Assembly (NCBI GenBank): GCA_030603365.1
Contig: JAUVXV010000001.1
Span: 384,001-448,000, forward strand
Direction of reading: 5' to 3'
From: Candidatus Heimdallarchaeota archaeon
GTDB lineage: Archaea > Asgardarchaeota > Heimdallarchaeia > Heimdallarchaeales > Heimdallarchaeaceae
Length of the DNA stretch: 64,000 nucleotides
The notes beneath the pieces were generated by a model. It made no database searches, was not told the DNA's origin, and saw only the letters and a program-made list of their open reading frames with translations. A program made the translations under genes and the position numbers. Positions 59,888 through 64,000 of the stretch are shown in pieces (position 1 is the stretch's first letter; the number at the start of each line of letters is the position of its first letter).

Positions 59888-60319
59888 TTGAATATGACTG
59901 ACAGTAAACATGAGAAATCAAAAAAAGAGTTGGAACAGAAATTATCTCAATTGCATAAGCAAGGGGTTGTAAAAGAGATTGCAGAGAAGAGAATCATTGA
60001 TCTAGAACTAATAGAGAAGAGTATTCCTAATATGAGGAAAGATGAAAGTATAAGCAAGATGTTAAAATTATTCAAAGCTCTAGCCAATAAAAATCGTCTA
60101 ATGATCCTTTGGTTGCTAATGAAAGGAGTAAGATGTGCATGTGAGATTGAACATTTGCTCAAACTGTCACAATCTACTGTATCTCATCATATCAATTCTC
60201 TTGTTGAAGTTGGAGTAATAGATGCAGTAAAATCTGGAAAATGGAATTTAGTAGAGTTAAATGAAAAAGAATTTTCAAAAGAATTTTTCCTTTCTTTATT
60301 GAGTTCCATAATTGAATAG
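59888..60319 (+). CDS. ArsR/SmtB-family transcription regulator
   Basis: FKALAN..RL.IL, CACEI, LSQSTVSHH; divergent from the permease. Confidence 0.92.
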   Translation: MNMTDSKHEKSKKELEQKLSQLHKQGVVKEIAEKRIIDLELIEKSIPNMRKDESISKMLKLFKALANKNRLMILWLLMKGVRCACEIEHLLKLSQSTVSHHINSLVEVGVIDAVKSGKWNLVELNEKEFSKEFFLSLLSSIIE

Positions 60320-60601
60320 ATTCAGTTACTAACTACTATGAATGATGTTGACTTCTATTCTATTTCAATATTAGATATTAGAAGAAAATATTGACTACAT
60401 ATAGGTTAATCATTAAACTGTGTCTGAAACAAATTCTGAAATGATTAAAACCTATAACTAGTGCAAATATTATCCTCTTGTAATAAATAATTTTCTCGAA
60501 AAAGTAGAGATATTTGTTTGATTAGAACTTCATAGTTATGGAGAAATCTTTAAAGTTGTAAGATAGACATGCTTTGTAACAATCATCTGGATGTATATAG
60601 A

Positions 60602-61846
60602 ATGTATGAACAATTTAGTGAAATTGGACCACACTTTGAGTTGAGTGAAACACATAAAATGGTTCGACAAAGTGTTAGGGAATTTGCTGAAGCTGAAATT
60701 GCCCCTTATGTTAAAGAATGGGATCAAGAACAGGTATTTCATAAACCAATTTTGAAGAAGATGGCAGAACAAGGTCTTCTTGGAATAAGTATCCCAGTTA
60801 AATATGGTGGAGGCGGTCTAGATTATATCGCACTAGCTATAGCTTGTGAAGAACTTGAAAGAATAGATACTGCATTTAGAGTAATCTTATCTGTCCATAA
60901 TGGATTGTGCTGTTCAACTATTTGGCAATGGGGTACAATGGAGCAAAAGAAGCAATACTTACCAACTTTAGCTACAGGAGAAACAATGAGCACTTACGGT
61001 TTAACTGAACCTGCTGCTGGAAGCGATCCAGCAGGACTCAAAGCTACTTGTAAACTTGAAGGTGATGAATGGATAGTTAATGGAGAAAAAATGTGGATTT
61101 CATACACAGAATCTTCTGATATCTTCCTTGTTTTCGCTTATGAAATAGATGTTCGTCATAAAGGTATGAGAGCGTTTATAGTTGAACGAGACTTTGGAGG
61201 TGTAACTTCTGGTAATCTTCATCACAAAATGGGTGTAAAAGCTGGTGAAACAGGATGGGTTAATTTTGATAACACTCCTATTCCAAAAGAAAACTTACTT
61301 GGTGAACCTATTGAAGGTTTCAAGGTAGCAATGGCAGCTCTAGATTGGGGTCGTTATACTGTCGCTGCTGGTGCTGTTGGTGGAGCTAAAGCATCTTTAG
61401 AAGCTGCAGTTAAATATGCTAATGAACGTGAAACTTTTGGTCAAAAAATAGGTCACCATCAATTCATACAAGGAATGGTAGCTGATAGTGTTGCAGATAT
61501 TGAAGCTGCAGAATTACTGACATGGAAAGCAGGATGGACAAAGAATCTTGGAAGAGTCAATACCCGTGAAACATCAATGGCAAAATGGTATGCAACTAAT
61601 GCAGCTGTCAGATGTGCAGATCGTGCAATACAGATACATGGGGCTTATGGATTCTGTGATGATTATCCAGTAGCAAGATATTATCGAAATGTTCGAGGAG
61701 CAACAATTTACGAAGGAACTAATGAAATTCAGAAGATTATCCAAGCAAGATATGCTTTGGGTTACTATGAAGATAAACCACTTCGTTGTATGCCACCTAA
61801 GTATGACCCTGAAGAATGGGCAAAAGAGAATACAGATAAATTCTAA
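60602..61846 (+). CDS. Acyl-CoA dehydrogenase
   Basis: YGLTEP.AGSD, NGEKMWIS, GR..VAA.AVG, RETFG..I, QIHGAYG, IYEGTNEIQ. Confidence 0.96.
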   Translation: MYEQFSEIGPHFELSETHKMVRQSVREFAEAEIAPYVKEWDQEQVFHKPILKKMAEQGLLGISIPVKYGGGGLDYIALAIACEELERIDTAFRVILSVHNGLCCSTIWQWGTMEQKKQYLPTLATGETMSTYGLTEPAAGSDPAGLKATCKLEGDEWIVNGEKMWISYTESSDIFLVFAYEIDVRHKGMRAFIVERDFGGVTSGNLHHKMGVKAGETGWVNFDNTPIPKENLLGEPIEGFKVAMAALDWGRYTVAAGAVGGAKASLEAAVKYANERETFGQKIGHHQFIQGMVADSVADIEAAELLTWKAGWTKNLGRVNTRETSMAKWYATNAAVRCADRAIQIHGAYGFCDDYPVARYYRNVRGATIYEGTNEIQKIIQARYALGYYEDKPLRCMPPKYDPEEWAKENTDKF

Positions 61847-61894
61847 TTCTCCTTTTCTTTTTATTTCTTAATCTTAAAAAATTAAAATAGATAA

Positions 61895-62305
61895 TTAGGA
61901 AAACTTGTTTTCTATTTCTTTAATAGATGTTTTCATAATTTCATAAACTTCATCAGCGAGTTCATTTAATTTATCTACTTTAACTACGCTCATAGCTTCT
62001 TTAGGATTCATTGCAGAAACTACTATCTTTCCTTTTTCATTCTCATAGATAATGACATTGCAAGGTAAGAGCGCACCTATTTCTGGAACTAAAATTATGG
62101 CTTTGTGAGCAAATGGAGGATTACATGCGCCAAGTATCTTATAGGGTCTAATTTCTGCTCCAATTTTCTTTTTCAAAGTTTCTTTAGCATCTATCTCTGT
62201 TAAAATACCAAAACCATGTTCAGCAAGAACTTCCCTAGTAACTTTTTCAACTTCATCGAATTTATCATAACCAACATTCAGTTCTGTGGTAATTACGAGT
62301 GACAT
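61895..62305 (-). CDS. DUF302 family protein
   Basis: GFGILTEID, Y.ILGACNP..A, IGALLPCNV. Confidence 0.92.
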   Translation of the reverse strand: MSLVITTELNVGYDKFDEVEKVTREVLAEHGFGILTEIDAKETLKKKIGAEIRPYKILGACNPPFAHKAIILVPEIGALLPCNVIIYENEKGKIVVSAMNPKEAMSVVKVDKLNELADEVYEIMKTSIKEIENKFS

Positions 62306-62362
62306 AATTATTCATTTAATTAAACACAAATAAGTTTTTACTTTTGTTGGAAATTAAAGTAT

Positions 62363-63229
62363 CTAATCTAGTACTTCTGGAACGTTCTCCTTTAGATAGT
62401 CCATAGATTTTATTGCTTCATCGAAACTAAGTTCATAAACTAAGGGTCCTGTGAATTTCTTTTCAGAGAGTTTTAAGAGCAAATCTCTAACAGGTAAGTC
62501 ATATTCTCCAAGAGGTTTATGATCAATTCTTGGATATTTACCATCATGTAGATGGAGTTCAATAATCCTATCATAGTATTTTTCAATAAATTCTAGAACA
62601 TCCATTTTTCCTGAGAATCCTGCAAGTAAGTGACCTGTATCTAAACATATGCTCAGGTCTAGTTGTTGAATTACTGGAAACATTATTTCAAATGGATATT
62701 CGATGTTTTCAACTGCTATTTTTCGTGAAGGAATTCCAGTTATTTCCAGAGTCTTCTTTATAGCTTCAGCAGCATGGGATGTAAATTGATTCATCATTAA
62801 TCCTTTTGCAAAATCTGGCAAATTCATATTCATGAATTCAACTGTCAAAGTTCCTGTAGGATGAATAACCCAACAAAGTGGGTCAAGAGGTTTGGTTAAA
62901 TTTATACAATCAACAAAGCTCTCTACAGATCCTTTTCTTATTTGCGGTGCAAATGCAGCAGGTTCCATACCCCACAAAGGAAGATGAACTGAGAACGTGA
63001 TATTTTTCTCTTTTTTCAGTTCAACTAACTGTGCAATTATTTCTGGTGTTAAAATACCCGGAAGAACATATATCAGATCACCAGTTACTTCTATATGTTT
63101 GAAACCTGCTTCAACATGTTTTGTAACTGCTTCAACATAGTTAAGCTTAGAAAGATCAAACAACCCATCCTGGAACAATGCGAAGAAATCTGCAAATTCG
63201 AAAGGTCTTGTACCAAATAATAAAGCCAT
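62363..63229 (-). CDS. Xylose-isomerase-like TIM-barrel metalloenzyme (CbiR / AP endonuclease 2-like)
   Basis: SVHLP, VIHP, VENIE, LDTGH, LHLHD...DH, LVYE; GGTGA RBS. Confidence 0.75.
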   Translation of the reverse strand: MALLFGTRPFEFADFFALFQDGLFDLSKLNYVEAVTKHVEAGFKHIEVTGDLIYVLPGILTPEIIAQLVELKKEKNITFSVHLPLWGMEPAAFAPQIRKGSVESFVDCINLTKPLDPLCWVIHPTGTLTVEFMNMNLPDFAKGLMMNQFTSHAAEAIKKTLEITGIPSRKIAVENIEYPFEIMFPVIQQLDLSICLDTGHLLAGFSGKMDVLEFIEKYYDRIIELHLHDGKYPRIDHKPLGEYDLPVRDLLLKLSEKKFTGPLVYELSFDEAIKSMDYLKENVPEVLD

Positions 63230-63230
63230 T

Positions 63231-64000
63231 TTAGTCACCATTCACTTTTTTCTTGTTCATTTTCTCAGCTGTTTTTCTTATACTATCTAAAAATGGGTCA
63301 AAGTTTGCAAAGTAAATTGTTGGGAGTGATAGCAAGAAAAATACAGCAACAATTGGTCCTAGCCACTGTAATCCAATACCTGATCTAAATTTAAGAAAAA
63401 CTGGTAACACTTCATCTGAGAGTATTGAACGAACTCCAGAGCTATGTGGAAAGTGAATCAGAGGAACTAAAAGAAAAGCCATAGCTTGGAAAATGTTTAG
63501 AGGAATAGAATTGAATCCTGTATACATTCCAGCTCTAGATTCTTTAGTACTTCTTTCATCTTCATCAGCAAGGTCACCAATTATTGCATTTGGAAATAGA
63601 TAGGTGGTTGATAATCCAAAACCTAGGAGAATACCAAAAGCGAAAGTTTCTATATTGTCTGGAATTAAAGGGATTTTCCCCAAAACTAGTGTTAAGGGAA
63701 GAATTATTATGAGACATCCATAACTTATGAACAGGTCAATACGTTTTCCAATTTTTTTGGATGTTTTCTCCCAAAAAATAAAACTTAACATCGTAGTTCC
63801 AAACATTGCTGCAGCAAAAATGGCAAAATCTGCTATTCCCGTAAGTCCAAGAAAGCTAATTAGATTAAATGTTAAAGCTGTAAAAAGAGTCAATCCCATA
63901 GAGTAAATGCCTTGTGTGATAAACCACAATACATAATTTTTATTTGATAAGACTACTTTGAATTCTCTAAGAATATTCCTCTCTTTTCTTACCACTGGTT
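63231..64000 (-). CDS. MFS transporter, GPH-like (5'-truncated by window edge), paralogue of 49981-51429
   Basis: IIGDLADEDER.T.E.RAGMYTGF.S.P.NI.QA, WLGPIV..FDPFL shared with the paralogue. Confidence 0.88.
   Translation of the reverse strand, partial: PVVRKERNILREFKVVLSNKNYVLWFITQGIYSMGLTLFTALTFNLISFLGLTGIADFAIFAAAMFGTTMLSFIFWEKTSKKIGKRIDLFISYGCLIIILPLTLVLGKIPLIPDNIETFAFGILLGFGLSTTYLFPNAIIGDLADEDERSTKESRAGMYTGFNSIPLNIFQAMAFLLVPLIHFPHSSGVRSILSDEVLPVFLKFRSGIGLQWLGPIVAVFFLLSLPTIYFANFDPFLDSIRKTAEKMNKKKVNGD

Overview
AT-rich (visually about 30% GC), gene-dense archaeal chromosomal segment with no CRISPR array, rRNA or recognisable transposase. An intron-containing C1:G72 tRNA-Tyr, GGTGA ribosome-binding sites, TATA-like promoters, a PAC2 protein, a SAMP/MoaD protein, a Ras-superfamily GTPase and TPR/longin-like and HEAT proteins suggest an Asgard archaeon, probably Heimdallarchaeia (inference). 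Housekeeping and metabolic genes include hutU, purB, xth, ADP-forming acyl-CoA synthetases, AOR, superoxide reductase, an acyl-CoA dehydrogenase and an ArsR/ArsP locus. Four elements stand out. (1) A membrane protein ending in G7-(CA)6-GGGR is translationally coupled to an RRE(PqqD)-radical SAM-SPASM enzyme and flanked by methyltransferases, i.e. a RiPP-like system whose 'core peptide' is the tail of a membrane protein. (2) An unannotated 360-nt, GC-enriched, extensively nested structured RNA candidate at 48516-48875 does not fit RNase P, SRP or tRNA. (3) A tRNA-Tyr(GUA) carries two introns (D-loop and 37/38). (4) A ~12-kb MoxR/DUF58 cluster encodes five uncharacterised membrane or surface proteins. 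All protein calls come from motif recognition by eye; no database searches were run.
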